A stretch of 63,686 nt of DNA, counting the filler. It is 8 parts of 8 records of this genome, joined end to end, with 100 filler letters (N's around TTAATTAATTAA, not from the genome) between each part and the next. Parts side by side here need not be neighbours in the genome. Positions count along the whole stretch, not along the records: positions 50,512 to 56,918 come from SRR31156797_12296; positions 57,019 to 63,686 come from SRR31156797_12315; 6 more parts are not named here. One strand, written 5' to 3'. The notes beneath the pieces were generated by a model that searched no databases, was not told the origin of the DNA, and saw only the letters and a program-made list of their open reading frames with translations. The translations under genes and the position numbers were made by a program. This document shows, piece after piece, positions 51,694 through 61,993 of this stretch. Numbering within the stretch: position 1 is the first letter of the stretch; each line of letters opens with the position of its first letter.

Positions 51694-52505
51694 GCCGACT
51701 GTCCGCGGGAATCGACGTCGGAGCCCAGAGCGTAGCATCCGTCCTGTTCGATGGCGTCCGGGTCCTGGGGGCCCGGGTTATGGTCACCGAGGAGGAGGCC
51801 GACGCGGCCGCGCGAAGAGTATTCACCGAACTCCTGGCCGATACCGGAACCGCCGAAAGCGACGTGGCCCGGATCGTGTCCTCGGGCTGGGGCGCCGGCA
51901 ATGTCTCATTGGCCCATGAAATCTCATCCGAACAGGTCTGCGCCGCTCTGGCGGCCAGATTTCTTTTTCCCCGGGCCAGGACCGTGATCGATATGGGGGG
52001 TGAAGGCTGCCGGGTGATGAAGCTGGATGAAAACGGCCTGCTCCAGGACTTTGCCAACAACGCCAAATGCGCTTCCGGAACCGGATCGTTCCTCGAACTG
52101 GGCGCCATTTACCTCAAAACCCCCATCGAGGATCTGGGGACCATGTCTTTGAAGGCCAAGGGTGCGGCCGAGGTAAGCACCATCTGCGCCGTGTTTGCCG
52201 AGTCGGTCATCATCTCCCATATCCATAATGGTGAGTCCAGGGAACGCATCGCCGCCGGTGTCAACCGGGCTGCCGCTACGCGGGTGGCGGAACTGTTGGG
52301 CCGGGTGGGCTTGGTTGAGGATGTGGTCATGGTCGGTGGAGCCGCCTTGAACCAGGGGTTGATTGCCGCTCTTGAATCCATGACCGGTGTCAAAATCTCC
52401 GTTTCCCCGAATCCGCGGGCCGCCGTGGCCCTGGGCGCCGCGATCAAGGCCGCCCGGAAAAGAAAACGCGGCCGAAAAAGAAAAGAGCGCGGAGTGAGCC
52501 AATGA
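51690..52505 (+). CDS. ASKHA ATPase activator subunit (BcrAD/BadFG/HgdC family)
   Basis: GIDVGA, DMGGE, KCASGTG, STICAVFAES, VGGAALN. Confidence 0.9.
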   Translation: MSRLSAGIDVGAQSVASVLFDGVRVLGARVMVTEEEADAAARRVFTELLADTGTAESDVARIVSSGWGAGNVSLAHEISSEQVCAALAARFLFPRARTVIDMGGEGCRVMKLDENGLLQDFANNAKCASGTGSFLELGAIYLKTPIEDLGTMSLKAKGAAEVSTICAVFAESVIISHIHNGESRERIAAGVNRAAATRVAELLGRVGLVEDVVMVGGAALNQGLIAALESMTGVKISVSPNPRAAVALGAAIKAARKRKRGRKRKERGVSQ

Positions 52506-53296
52506 ATGCCTTCATAACAATGGGCATCGATATCGGGTCGGCGGCTTCCAAAGCCGTTATTGTCGGCCCGGACCGTGTGCTGGCCTATTCAATCCTGGAA
52601 ACGGGGCCGGCGAGCCTGGGATCGGCTCAGGCCGTGTCCGATTCGGTCCTGAAAAAGGCCGGGCTGGACATGGCGGACATCGCCTACACCGTGGCCACAG
52701 GGTACGGACGGATTAATGTCCCCTTTGCCCGGGATGTGGTCACCGAGATCGCCTGCCACGCCAAAGGGGTAAACCATCTGTTCCCCATGGCCAGAACGGT
52801 TCTGGATATGGGCGGCCAGGATTGCAAGGCGATCCGTATCGATCAGGACGGCAACCACGTCAATTTCGTTATGAACGACAAGTGTGCCGCTGGAACCGGA
52901 CGGTTCCTTGAAATCATCGCTGCCAAGCTGAAAAGGCCGCTGGAAAAGATCGGGCCGCTCTCCCTGGAGGCCGCGGAAGATACCAAGATCAGCAGTGTCT
53001 GTATCGTCTTTGCCCAGTCCGAGGTCTCACGCCACCTCAGGCAGGGCACGCCCAAAGCCGATATCCTGGGCGGCGTCCATTCGTCCACGGCCGACCGGGC
53101 CTTCGGCCTGATCAAACGTGTGGGTATCGAGGCCGAATTCGTGATCAGCGGCGGCATCGCCAAGAACATTGGTGTTGTCCGGCGGGTGGAAGACCGCGTC
53201 GGACTCCCCGCTCGTATCGCGGCGGAGCCTCAGGTCATCGGCGCTCTGGGCGCGGCCATCATCGCACGTGAACGAGTCGACGCCAAAGCGGTCTGA
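52502..53296 (+). CDS. Second ASKHA ATPase activator subunit (BcrAD/BadFG/HgdC family)
   Basis: GIDIGS, TGYGR, EIACHAKG, DMGGQD, MNDKCAAGTG, CIVFAQSE. Confidence 0.92.
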   Translation: MNAFITMGIDIGSAASKAVIVGPDRVLAYSILETGPASLGSAQAVSDSVLKKAGLDMADIAYTVATGYGRINVPFARDVVTEIACHAKGVNHLFPMARTVLDMGGQDCKAIRIDQDGNHVNFVMNDKCAAGTGRFLEIIAAKLKRPLEKIGPLSLEAAEDTKISSVCIVFAQSEVSRHLRQGTPKADILGGVHSSTADRAFGLIKRVGIEAEFVISGGIAKNIGVVRRVEDRVGLPARIAAEPQVIGALGAAIIARERVDAKAV

Positions 53297-53453
53297 CCGG
53301 CTAATACCAGCCCACACCGCATTGAAATCAAAGATACAGAGTTCTTAACAGTGACCTCTGTAAAAGGACGATTTTTGATCGAAATCGAGAATGCTGAAAA
53401 ATCAAGCCATAGCAATATGTTAGGTGGTTCGGCGAGTTGGTTTTGAGCCTGGC

Positions 53454-53469
53454 TGGCACCGTAGCCGCA
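53454..53469 (+). promoter_or_regulatory. Possible sigma-54 promoter
   Basis: TGGCAC-N5-CCGCA (GG-N10-GC spacing) about 80 nt upstream of the CoA ligase ATG; -12 element imperfect. Confidence 0.35.
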
Positions 53470-53547
53470 GGCAAAAAGGCTTTCAAAGAGATTTCGGTCA
53501 AAAGACCGCCTTTTTACAGAGGCTTCAAACCGGAAAGGAGAAACATC

Positions 53548-55095
53548 ATGCCTGCGTTGACAGTCGGAAACGCACTGAGAGCCACAGCCCGCAAACTGCC
53601 CGGCAAGACCGCGTTTGTCTTTGGAGACCGGCGGATTACCTACGGCGAATTGAACGACCGGGCCAACCGCCTGGCCAATGGGCTTTTAGCCAAGGGGTAT
53701 AAGCCGGGAGACCATATCGCCGTTCTGGCCTTCAACTGCATCGAATACTACGAGATCCTGTTCGCCCTGGGCAAGGCGGGCATGGTGGCCGTGCCGATCA
53801 ACTTTCGCCTGGTCGGCTCCGAAATATCTTTCATCATCAACCATTCTGAATCCAAAGCCCTGCTTTACGAAGCGGTGTTGAAGGACGTTGTGGCCGGGAT
53901 TCGCCCGGACTGCGAAGCACTCGGCCAGGGGGATTTCCATGTTTTTTGTGGCGAAGGCCTGGAAGGAGACACCGACTACGAAGCTTTGATCGCCTCTTCA
54001 GATCCGGCCGATCCCGACATCCCCGTCGACGAGACCACTACCTGGTACATCGGATATACCAGCGGCACCACGGGCCGCCCCAAGGGAGCCCTCCGGTCCC
54101 ACCGCTGCAACGTCCTGTTGGCCATGACCATGGCCGTCAACTTCAGCGAAAAGGACAACATCCTTCTGATCATGCCCATCTTCCACTCCAACTCAATCTG
54201 GTTTGGGCTGATCAACGTATTCTACGGCTCCTCAACCATCATCTATCCCTCGGGCGGATTCGATCCCCGGGATATTCTGGAGATCATGGAACGGGAAAAA
54301 ATCACCTTCAGCTCACTAGTGCCCACCATGTACACCATGATCCTGTCTGTGCCGAACAAGGAAAAATACGACACAAGTTCCCTGACCACCCTCCTGACCT
54401 CCTCGGCGCCCCTCATGACCAAGACCAAGGAGGAGATCCTGGACTTTTTTAAAAACGCCCAGCTCTACGAAGGATACGGCGCCACCGAAACCGGAGCCGT
54501 GACTTCGCTACGGCCCGGGGACCAGTACTCCAAAGTCCGAAGTTGCGGAACGGCCGCCTACTTTTCCCGGATCAAGATCATCGACGACCAGGGAAACGAA
54601 TGTGCGCCCAACCAGGTCGGGGAACTCTATGCCGTCACCCCGGGTATGTTCGAGGGATACTGGAAGCAGCCGGAGGCCGATGAACGCGCCTTTATGGGGG
54701 ATTTCGCGTCCGTGGGCGATATGGCCATGATGGATGAGGAAGGGTATGTATACATCGTGGACCGAAAGCACGACATGATCATCTCCGGAGGCGAGAATAT
54801 CTATCCCACAGAGGTCGACGACATGCTGTCCAAGCACCCCAAGGTTCATCAGGTGGCGGTTGTGGGCGTGCCGCACAAAAAGTGGGGCGAGGCGGTCAAG
54901 GCTATCATCGTGCCCATTCCTGGGGCCGAGGTGACCGAGGATGAGATCATCGCCTACAGCAAACAACACTTGGCCGGGTACAAATGTCCCAAGTCGGTCG
55001 AGTTCTGGGATACTCTACCCACCAACCCCACGGGAAAAATCCTCAAGCGGGTCATCCGGGAACGATACTGGGAAGGCCAGGAGGTCAAAATATAG
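53548..55095 (+). CDS. Acyl/aryl-CoA ligase (AMP-binding)
   Basis: ATG after AAGGAG; YTSGTTGRPKG, YGATE, GD, DMIISGGENIYP, TGKILK. Confidence 0.93.
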   Translation: MPALTVGNALRATARKLPGKTAFVFGDRRITYGELNDRANRLANGLLAKGYKPGDHIAVLAFNCIEYYEILFALGKAGMVAVPINFRLVGSEISFIINHSESKALLYEAVLKDVVAGIRPDCEALGQGDFHVFCGEGLEGDTDYEALIASSDPADPDIPVDETTTWYIGYTSGTTGRPKGALRSHRCNVLLAMTMAVNFSEKDNILLIMPIFHSNSIWFGLINVFYGSSTIIYPSGGFDPRDILEIMEREKITFSSLVPTMYTMILSVPNKEKYDTSSLTTLLTSSAPLMTKTKEEILDFFKNAQLYEGYGATETGAVTSLRPGDQYSKVRSCGTAAYFSRIKIIDDQGNECAPNQVGELYAVTPGMFEGYWKQPEADERAFMGDFASVGDMAMMDEEGYVYIVDRKHDMIISGGENIYPTEVDDMLSKHPKVHQVAVVGVPHKKWGEAVKAIIVPIPGAEVTEDEIIAYSKQHLAGYKCPKSVEFWDTLPTNPTGKILKRVIRERYWEGQEVKI

Positions 55096-55189
55096 GAATG
55101 AATGACTGCCCTGGAACGGCTGTAACCGTTTGAACGGAGGGTAATAGCTCAAAATCTCCAATACGAAGTGGGCCCATCTCGTTGGGGGA

Positions 55190-56124
55190 TGCAATGGTCA
55201 AGTAAAAACGGACAGGTGATTAAGCGGCTTTTCTCCTTTGCTCTTTCTCAAATGCCATAGGGCTGACGTAGCCCAGTGTCGAATGAAGACGCATGCAATT
55301 GTAATAGGTGATATAGTCGACAATCTCCAGCAGGGCAGACGCCCTGATCGAAAACCGCAGGCCGTCGAAACGTTCGGTTTTCAGGCTACGGAAGAATCGC
55401 TCCACCGGAGCATTGTCCCAACAGTTCCCTTTACGACTCATGCTCGCCATCATCCCAAATTGGCTCAGTCGCCTCTGGTTTTCATGACAGGCGTATTGGC
55501 TGCCACGATCGGAATGGTGAAGCAGGCCGGATCCGTTTTTCTGCGCCAACAGGCCATCGTCAGGGCATCAAGGGTTAACTGTCTCTTGATCCGTTTGTAC
55601 GCGACCCAGTCGACGATTTGGCGGGAGTACAAGTCCATCACCACGGCCAGATACAACCAGCCCTCCAGGATCCAAACATACGTGATGTCGGCCGCCCATA
55701 CCGCATTGGGCTCTGTGGCATCGAAGCGGTGATCGAGAATATTGGAGACCACCGGGAACTATAGCCGACTTTCGGTTGTGACCTTGTAACGCCGACGCAT
55801 CTTGGCTTTCAGGCCCAACTGGCGCATCAGCCGCCGAACCTTATAACGGCCGATTTGACGGCCCTCGGCACACAGTTGCCGGACCATCCTTCGGGAACCG
55901 TAACTGTTGCGCGACAACATAAAAATGGCCTTGATGCTTGCTTTTTAGCTCACGGTTTGACAAGGGATCATCCGAATCGGTTCCGCTATGCAAATAATCA
56001 TAGAATCCACTCCGGCTAACCTGCATCACCGCGTACAGCACGCTGACTGGATAGGCCTTGATCTGTCGCCGGATAAAATCGAACCTCAGTCCGATTCGTT
56101 TGCAAAGAAGGCCGCGGCTTTTTT
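55190..56124 (-). mobile_element. Decayed IS3-family element: right IR, frameshifted orfB, last codons of orfA
   Basis: End ...TGTCCGTTTTTACTTGACCATTGCA; pieces WAADITY..GWLYLAVVMDL, HHSDRGSQY, CWDNAPVERFF in different frames; AAAAAAG followed by KAAAFFA. Confidence 0.88.
55220..56080 (-). pseudogene. IS3 OrfB transposase pseudogene
   Basis: DDE-domain segments split across ORFs 55841-56041, 55465-55752 and 55220-55549. Confidence 0.8.
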
Positions 56125-56918
56125 CATATCGGGCGGCTCGGCGAAGCTTTTATCTTGAATTCGTTGAGCGACACAGGGCTCTCCCATTGAGGCAGTCTGT
56201 CCGTAGGTCCTTCAATATGCACGAGCGAAGGCACACGGTCGGCAAGCCCATTGATCTTGGCCCATAACGTCGTATCTCCCCAATATTGCGGAGGCGTTTC
56301 AGCGGCGGCCGCTGAAGCGAAAATCTCGGCCGGCGTCTCGCAACCGGCCAGGATAGCCTGGAGGGCAAGGGTTTCGAGCCTTCCCAGTCCGGATGTCGCG
56401 TCGGGCTGTTCCTGCAGCCATCGTGTTACTGCTGCCGGGACCCAGGGCAAAGGCGCCTCGGTTGCTTCCGACAGTTCGGTGAGTAGAGCGGCATCCCGAT
56501 TTGCGCAGGCTTTGTCAACTACGGTAGCATACCTGAATTGTTCTTCTGTGACGGGGCGTCGGCTGGTATAGAGGGATGCAAGTTGTTCCGGCTGCAGTTG
56601 TCCGAGCCCGTGGAATGGTTCTATTCCAGGGAATGCGTCGATGCAAAGGAGTTCCACATTCCGGATTCCTTTATGGTCTAAACAAGTGAGAATATGGGCC
56701 AGCATGGACATATCAAAAAGACAGGCATCGAACCACAGCACGATACGCTCATATGACGCCGCTTCGGCCAGTTTTTGATACTGATTATTCAATGTTTTCA
56801 GAATGTGACTCCTGTGCAGGCCGCCTGCTGTGGAGTCTTCCAGAAACACCGCACGCGCGCTGATAGTATTTTCATCCGGCCAGCCCGGCTGCCGGGGGCC
56901 GTCATAGAGAATGTCATG
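56124..56918 (-). CDS. DUF1835-like protein (5' truncated)
   Basis: HDILYDGP, IVLWFDACLFD, FHGLGQL, GLGRLE, WGDT. Confidence 0.7.
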   Translation of the reverse strand, partial: HDILYDGPRQPGWPDENTISARAVFLEDSTAGGLHRSHILKTLNNQYQKLAEAASYERIVLWFDACLFDMSMLAHILTCLDHKGIRNVELLCIDAFPGIEPFHGLGQLQPEQLASLYTSRRPVTEEQFRYATVVDKACANRDAALLTELSEATEAPLPWVPAAVTRWLQEQPDATSGLGRLETLALQAILAGCETPAEIFASAAAAETPPQYWGDTTLWAKINGLADRVPSLVHIEGPTDRLPQWESPVSLNEFKIKASPSRPI

Positions 56919-57020
56919 NNNNNNNNNNNNNNNNNNNNNNNNNNNNNNNNNNNNNNNNNNNNTTAATTAATTAANNNNNNNNNNNNNNNNNNNNNNNNNN
57001 NNNNNNNNNNNNNNNNNNTT

Positions 57021-57233
57021 GCGCACGCAGGTGGCGCAGGAATCGAAGGAGGCAAGTATGTCATGGCCATCGGTTCGATAGGAAGCAGGACTGATGCACT
57101 GTACGTCATTGATTCTTCGATCAACCAGATGGGTATGTACACGTACGATTTTAAGACTGGGAAACTGGTCCCCTATGCCGGAACAAACTTTGATGATGCC
57201 CGAATGAAAGTTCGCCAGGCTGGCGGAAATTAA
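57021..57233 (+). CDS. Hypothetical protein, C-terminal fragment
   Basis: Open frame from the contig edge (DALYVIDSS...MYTYDF) ending before a terminator. Confidence 0.5.
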   Translation, partial: AHAGGAGIEGGKYVMAIGSIGSRTDALYVIDSSINQMGMYTYDFKTGKLVPYAGTNFDDARMKVRQAGGN

Positions 57234-57247
57234 GCGGCATTCAAATG

Positions 57248-57288
57248 AAAAAGCCCCGGCACTATCTGATAGTGCCGGGGCTTTTTTT
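57248..57288. terminator. Bidirectional intrinsic terminator
   Basis: AAAAAGCCCCGGCACTATC-T-GATAGTGCCGGGGCTTTTTTT between convergent genes. Confidence 0.88.
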
Positions 57289-57304
57289 GTTTTCTGTCGG
57301 AAGT

Positions 57305-57859
57305 CTATACCGGGAACACTGTGCGGTCAAACTTCTCATTTATGACTTCAGCCATCGCGAGATAGATTGCACTGCAGCCACAAAAGATTCCTTCGTACCC
57401 GGCAATCTTCCCAATCATTTCATTGCCTGAGAACTTATGGAATGCCAGCAGAAAGAACAGGACTGTCAGACTGAGAAAGATTGTCTGCAATGCCCCGTTT
57501 GCTTTGAAGGTTCCGATGAACATGAAGAACGTAAACAATCCCCACATGCCAAGATAACAAGCGAAGAATTTGGGCGGACAGGGTTCGGCAATTCCAAGTT
57601 TTGGAAGAATCAACAATCCCACCAGGGTCAGCCAGAACAAGCCATACGAGGTGAAAGCAGTCAACCCGAATGTGTTTCCTTTTTTGAACTCCAGGATGCC
57701 CGCGATGATCTGTGCAAGACCACCATAGAAAAATCCCATGCAGAGAATCATAGCGTCGATTTCAGGGAAGAAACCGGCGTTATGAATATTCAGCAATACT
57801 GTGGTCATTCCAAATCCCATCAGTCCAAGCGGTGCGGGGTTAGCTAGCTTCGCGTCCAT
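57305..57859 (-). CDS. satP: Acetate/succinate transporter, GPR1/FUN34/YaaH family
   Basis: LANPAPLGLMGFGMTTVLLN, GNTFGLTAFTSYGLFW. Confidence 0.92.
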   Translation of the reverse strand: MDAKLANPAPLGLMGFGMTTVLLNIHNAGFFPEIDAMILCMGFFYGGLAQIIAGILEFKKGNTFGLTAFTSYGLFWLTLVGLLILPKLGIAEPCPPKFFACYLGMWGLFTFFMFIGTFKANGALQTIFLSLTVLFFLLAFHKFSGNEMIGKIAGYEGIFCGCSAIYLAMAEVINEKFDRTVFPV

Positions 57860-58349
57860 AAAAATCTCTCAGCGTGGTTTATGTGTTTTCTGACCAAAAA
57901 TGACGCTGCCTGACACCGCTCTGAGCAGAGCTGAATTGTCCGGCAGACGCTACTCCTTCCCTTATGCCTGATCCTGTATTTTCGGGCATAAGTTCGGCAA
58001 ATCTTAGCATTAATCACAAACTTTCCAACACAAGGAGGGTGAAGATTTCTCAATACCGTTACTTAAAGGAGAGCGATTTACGGTAATTCTTCTGGACAAA
58101 CGCACTTCGCAGGCATAACAGGGGGGATGAAACCTCTATGCATCATGTCAACAAATAAAAAGCGACCCCTTGGAGGTCGCTGAATTACACATCAAAAAGA
58201 AAGTTTCATTAGTTTCTAGTACGGAGATCCTGAACCCAGAACCACGAAGAACCAGATAAAAGCACCTACAAATGCCCAGAAATATGCCATCGGTCATCTC
58301 CTTTTGCTTTTTGTCCCCGGACAACCATATCCGAGTCGTATGAATACGA

Positions 58350-58691
58350 TCAAGCTTCGGCGAATGCGGCTTTGGCTTGCTCGTGAGAATCGACAATTTC
58401 GAACCAGCTGTTCAGATTCGTGACTTCGAAGACTCCATTAACAAACGGGGTAGGGCCTATCAGTATTGCCCTGGACGAAGCGAGCCTGGACCGAGTCACC
58501 ACATTCACCAGCGCAGTCAGGCAAGTGGAATCCAGCCATTCAACGCCACTGAGATCGAGAGCAACTTTGGCGCCTTTTTCCGCTACAAGAGGTTGCACTT
58601 CATTCTCAAACTGGTCGGAGTCACCAGAGCGGATTTCCCCTTTTAAGGTAACCGTGACGTACTCCCCGGTGTTTTCGATCTTCAAGTCCAT
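58350..58691 (-). CDS. STAS-domain anti-sigma factor antagonist
   Basis: LKGEI, LDLSGVEWLDST, VFEVTNL. Confidence 0.88.
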   Translation of the reverse strand: MDLKIENTGEYVTVTLKGEIRSGDSDQFENEVQPLVAEKGAKVALDLSGVEWLDSTCLTALVNVVTRSRLASSRAILIGPTPFVNGVFEVTNLNSWFEIVDSHEQAKAAFAEA

Positions 58692-58731
58692 CTATCAGCT
58701 CCAATACCCTTTGCAGGCTGCGTAGTTCCTG

Positions 58732-59304
58732 TTATTCCGTCAGATTCGCATCTGCCCTTTGGCGGAGAATTTTCCTCAACAGCAGATAGTTTTCCCCTTT
58801 GAAGTCCGTTATTTCACCTGTGACAACGAATACGGGATTTACTTCAGATCCCTGTGCTTCAAACAGGAGGCGTTCCAGCATCCGGTTGGGGAGGAGTTTC
58901 ATGGGTTTGTCCTGTCTCGTTCCCTTTGTGTCAATATTTGAGGTCTGGAAGGAAAAGATCCACCAGTCTCCATCTTTGACGACTCTTCCGGAACGATCCA
59001 CAAGCATGAATCCATCCGGGTATCTTGTCGTCAGGGTTTTATCCTTTTGCCTTTCGTTGTTGTAGCTGTCCCTGGGGCGCTCCGTTGGGCGAATGGGTGT
59101 GTTATCAGGGCGTTCACTTTCGAATTTCTTAATAATATCCTCCGCAGTAGGCATCGGAGGAGGCTCATTGGGATCAGGCTGCGGATCCGTTGCTGGCTGG
59201 GTTGTTGCCGGATTTCCCTGTTCTTTCGGTTCTGGCTGGGTCTGGGCTGTGCTGACGAGTGCGACAGCAGCTGCAAGAATCATGCTGATTCGAAATGCCA
59301 TCAT
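58732..59304 (-). CDS. Exported hypothetical protein
   Basis: Signal peptide, ATTQPAT low-complexity linker, LLPNRMLE, VTGEITDFKGENYLL. Confidence 0.65.
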   Translation of the reverse strand: MMAFRISMILAAAVALVSTAQTQPEPKEQGNPATTQPATDPQPDPNEPPPMPTAEDIIKKFESERPDNTPIRPTERPRDSYNNERQKDKTLTTRYPDGFMLVDRSGRVVKDGDWWIFSFQTSNIDTKGTRQDKPMKLLPNRMLERLLFEAQGSEVNPVFVVTGEITDFKGENYLLLRKILRQRADANLTE

Positions 59305-59640
59305 AGTTATCGTTACTCCCTTGCTGGAAACCAGTTATGCCGGGAAGAGCTAATTCGACTTCGGCAGATGTAAACCCACATGGATTCTATCGGCCGTTTT
59401 CGGGATTCCTGTTCAGTCTGAAATTTAGCCCCTATCTGGTCGGCTCGCAACCGAGATTAGGCTGAAAGACCGAACAAATCAAGTCTGCAAATCCTTGAAC
59501 GATAAAGCAATATCTCATTTTGACACTTTTGCGTAGCCGGGTAGGATAGCGATTCGGTTGAGATTGTGATATCCTGATCAGGTTCTCCATTTACCCTGTG
59601 GAGGCCTCTTGAACCATTTATGCAGGAGTGCAACAAAATT

Positions 59641-60120
59641 ATGCCCCAGGAACTGGTTGGAAATCTGGTAGTAGAAAAACAGCGATTCGCCCTGATTGTC
59701 AGTCGGTTTAACGACTTCATCACAGGTAAGTTGCTTTCTGGAGCCCTGGATACACTGGAGCGCCATGGATGTCCGGAAGACCAGATCACGATTGTTCGCG
59801 TGCCGGGTGCCTGGGAGATCCCTATGGCAGCGCGCAAGCTGGTCAGCACGAAGCAGTATGATGCAGTGATCTGTCTCGGTTGTATTATCCGGGGACATAC
59901 TCCGCATTTCGAATACGTGGCTTCGGAATGTGCCAAAGGGATTGCGCAGGCAGGGATGGAAGCTTCCATTCCGGTTACGTTCGGCGTTCTAACCGCAGAT
60001 ACCCTTGAGCAGGCAATCGACCGGGCAGGAGCCAAGGCTGGCAACAAGGGTTCCGATGCGGCTCTCAGCGCAATCGAGCTGGTCAACCTGTTTTCCTGTA
60101 TGGATGGTGCAAAAAGCTGA
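59641..60120 (+). CDS. ribH: 6,7-dimethyl-8-ribityllumazine synthase
   Basis: SRFNDFIT, VPGAWEIP, GCIIRGHTPHFEYV, AGNKG. Confidence 0.96.
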   Translation: MPQELVGNLVVEKQRFALIVSRFNDFITGKLLSGALDTLERHGCPEDQITIVRVPGAWEIPMAARKLVSTKQYDAVICLGCIIRGHTPHFEYVASECAKGIAQAGMEASIPVTFGVLTADTLEQAIDRAGAKAGNKGSDAALSAIELVNLFSCMDGAKS

Positions 60121-60578
60121 TGGGAGGAGAACAAATCGAACGCCGGGATTCCCGCATACTCGCCATGCAGGCTCTCGCACAACTTGAGGTTCATGGCGAA
60201 GACTACCAGGCGGAACTGGACGCATTCCTGGGGGACGCTGAAGTTACTGGACGTACGCGGCGGTATGCTCGTGATCTGACGAATCGAGCGTGGGAAGGGC
60301 GGAAGCAGATTGACGAGCAACTTGTTGCGCTTTCGCAGAACTGGTCGCCAGATCGAATGGCGTCTCCAGAGCGAAATATTCTGCGGGTAGCAGCAATCGA
60401 ACTTAAGGACGGGAAAGTCCCTCCACGCGTGGTGATCAGCGAGGCTCTCGCAATCGTCGAGAAATACGGCTCGGAAGAATCGCCCCGTTTTGTCAACGGC
60501 ATTCTCAACGCACTCTGGAAATCTCAGCAATCTACAGAACAAAAAGAACATAAGGACTCTTCGAATGGGGCTGTTTGA
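60120..60578 (+). CDS. nusB: Transcription antitermination factor NusB
   Basis: RRDSRILAMQAL, NWSPDRM, ERNILR, FVNGIL; follows ribH. Confidence 0.93.
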   Translation: MGGEQIERRDSRILAMQALAQLEVHGEDYQAELDAFLGDAEVTGRTRRYARDLTNRAWEGRKQIDEQLVALSQNWSPDRMASPERNILRVAAIELKDGKVPPRVVISEALAIVEKYGSEESPRFVNGILNALWKSQQSTEQKEHKDSSNGAV

Positions 60579-61491
60579 TCGATTTAAGAAGGGGCTTGCC
60601 AAAACCCGTGATAAGATCTCGTCGGGTTTCAAGGCGATGCTGCCATTTGGCAAGCCCATTGACGAATCCATTCTGAACGATACGCAGGACGCACTGCTTC
60701 TGGCGGATGTTGGACCGGATACGGTCAAGAAATTGATGAAGGAAATCCGTGATGGATGGAAAAAAGGGAAGATCAAGGAATCCCAGGAGATCGTTCCTTT
60801 TATCAAGGAACACATCATTGAGAAGTGGCCAGAATCCGACCGTTCGCTGGCGAAGGCGGAGAGTGGTCCCACTGTTATCCTGGTAACTGGCATCAATGGA
60901 TCGGGTAAAACAACCAGTATTGCGAAGCTGGCGAACCACCTTGTGAAGGAAGGGAAATCCGTGATCCTCGGGGCGTGCGATACCTATCGTGCGGCGGCGA
61001 TCGAGCAGCTTACGGAATGGTCGAACCGGGTTGGGATTCAGGTTGTCAAACACAAGCATGGGGCAGATCCCGGGGCGGTGGCCTATGACGCATGTGACGC
61101 AGCGATTGCCAGGAACGCGGATATTCTCCTTATTGATACGGCAGGGCGGCTCCATACGCAGGACAACCTGATGCGGGAGCTTGGGAAAATACAAAAAGTA
61201 GTTTCCCGTAAGATTCCGGACGCTCCACATGAAGTAATACTGGTGCTGGATGCCACGATCGGGCAGAACGCCGTCAACCAGGCCCGGATTTTTTCGGAGC
61301 ACGTGGAAGTCAGCGGGATCATCCTTGCCAAGCTGGATGGCAGTGCGAAGGGTGGAATCGTAATCGGAATCCGCGATGAGATGGATGTGCCGGTCAAGTT
61401 TGTGGGGCTTGGCGAAACGATCGATGACATCGAGCCGTTTGATCCGAAAGAATTCATGAATGCCCTGTTCGGGGAGGATGCCCAGGAATAA
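60565..61491 (+). CDS. ftsY: SRP receptor FtsY
   Basis: GINGSGKTT, DTYRAAA, DTAGR, KLDGSAKGG; ATG at 60565 after TAAGGA. Confidence 0.96.
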   Translation: MGLFDRFKKGLAKTRDKISSGFKAMLPFGKPIDESILNDTQDALLLADVGPDTVKKLMKEIRDGWKKGKIKESQEIVPFIKEHIIEKWPESDRSLAKAESGPTVILVTGINGSGKTTSIAKLANHLVKEGKSVILGACDTYRAAAIEQLTEWSNRVGIQVVKHKHGADPGAVAYDACDAAIARNADILLIDTAGRLHTQDNLMRELGKIQKVVSRKIPDAPHEVILVLDATIGQNAVNQARIFSEHVEVSGIILAKLDGSAKGGIVIGIRDEMDVPVKFVGLGETIDDIEPFDPKEFMNALFGEDAQE

Positions 61492-61528
61492 ACCTGCAGA
61501 AACGCGTTGACTACTCCTCCGGATCGGG

Positions 61529-61963
61529 TTGGTGACACAAACAATGCTGGATCCGAGCGAAATCGACATCATGATGGAGGAGTCCGCATCCGGCTGGGGA
61601 ATGGTCCAGTCGGTATATTGTGGCAGTTGCGGTTATAACCTGAAAGGGTTGTCTTATTCCGGAGTGTGTCCGGAATGCGGGAATCGATACAATGCTCGGG
61701 ATCATACACTGCGTGGGATTTTCGTTCCGAGGAATCCTCCCAACCCTGCTCCACTTATCTTTTATACGATCATGTCGCTTGGGATTGGCGGCAGTTTTGC
61801 AATAGCCTCCTGGAAGATCGCGTCGCTGGAGTGGCTGAAGTTCTTTGCCGCCGTTTTCCTTGCGATGGGAGCTGTGTACTGCTGGTTCACCTGGAAGAAA
61901 ATCTGTGCGTGGATTCGCTTTAAGAGTATTTATCGCAAGATCCTGAGGGATGAAGACGGCTGA
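61529..61963 (+). CDS. Zinc-ribbon membrane protein
   Basis: CGSCGYNLKGL...CPECG followed by two TM segments. Confidence 0.7.
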   Translation: MVTQTMLDPSEIDIMMEESASGWGMVQSVYCGSCGYNLKGLSYSGVCPECGNRYNARDHTLRGIFVPRNPPNPAPLIFYTIMSLGIGGSFAIASWKIASLEWLKFFAAVFLAMGAVYCWFTWKKICAWIRFKSIYRKILRDEDG

Positions 61964-61993
61964 TTTTTCCCATTGCCTACCTGAAAAGGATAT

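Noticed and set aside
59305-59640. FMN riboswitch upstream of ribH
   Set aside because: RFN signature sequences not seen
59457-60896. 479-aa minus-strand ORF and similar long ORFs (2591-3679, 14253-15254, 60532-61572, 6045-6878)
   Set aside because: Antisense shadows of well-supported genes in GC-rich DNA, with no motifs
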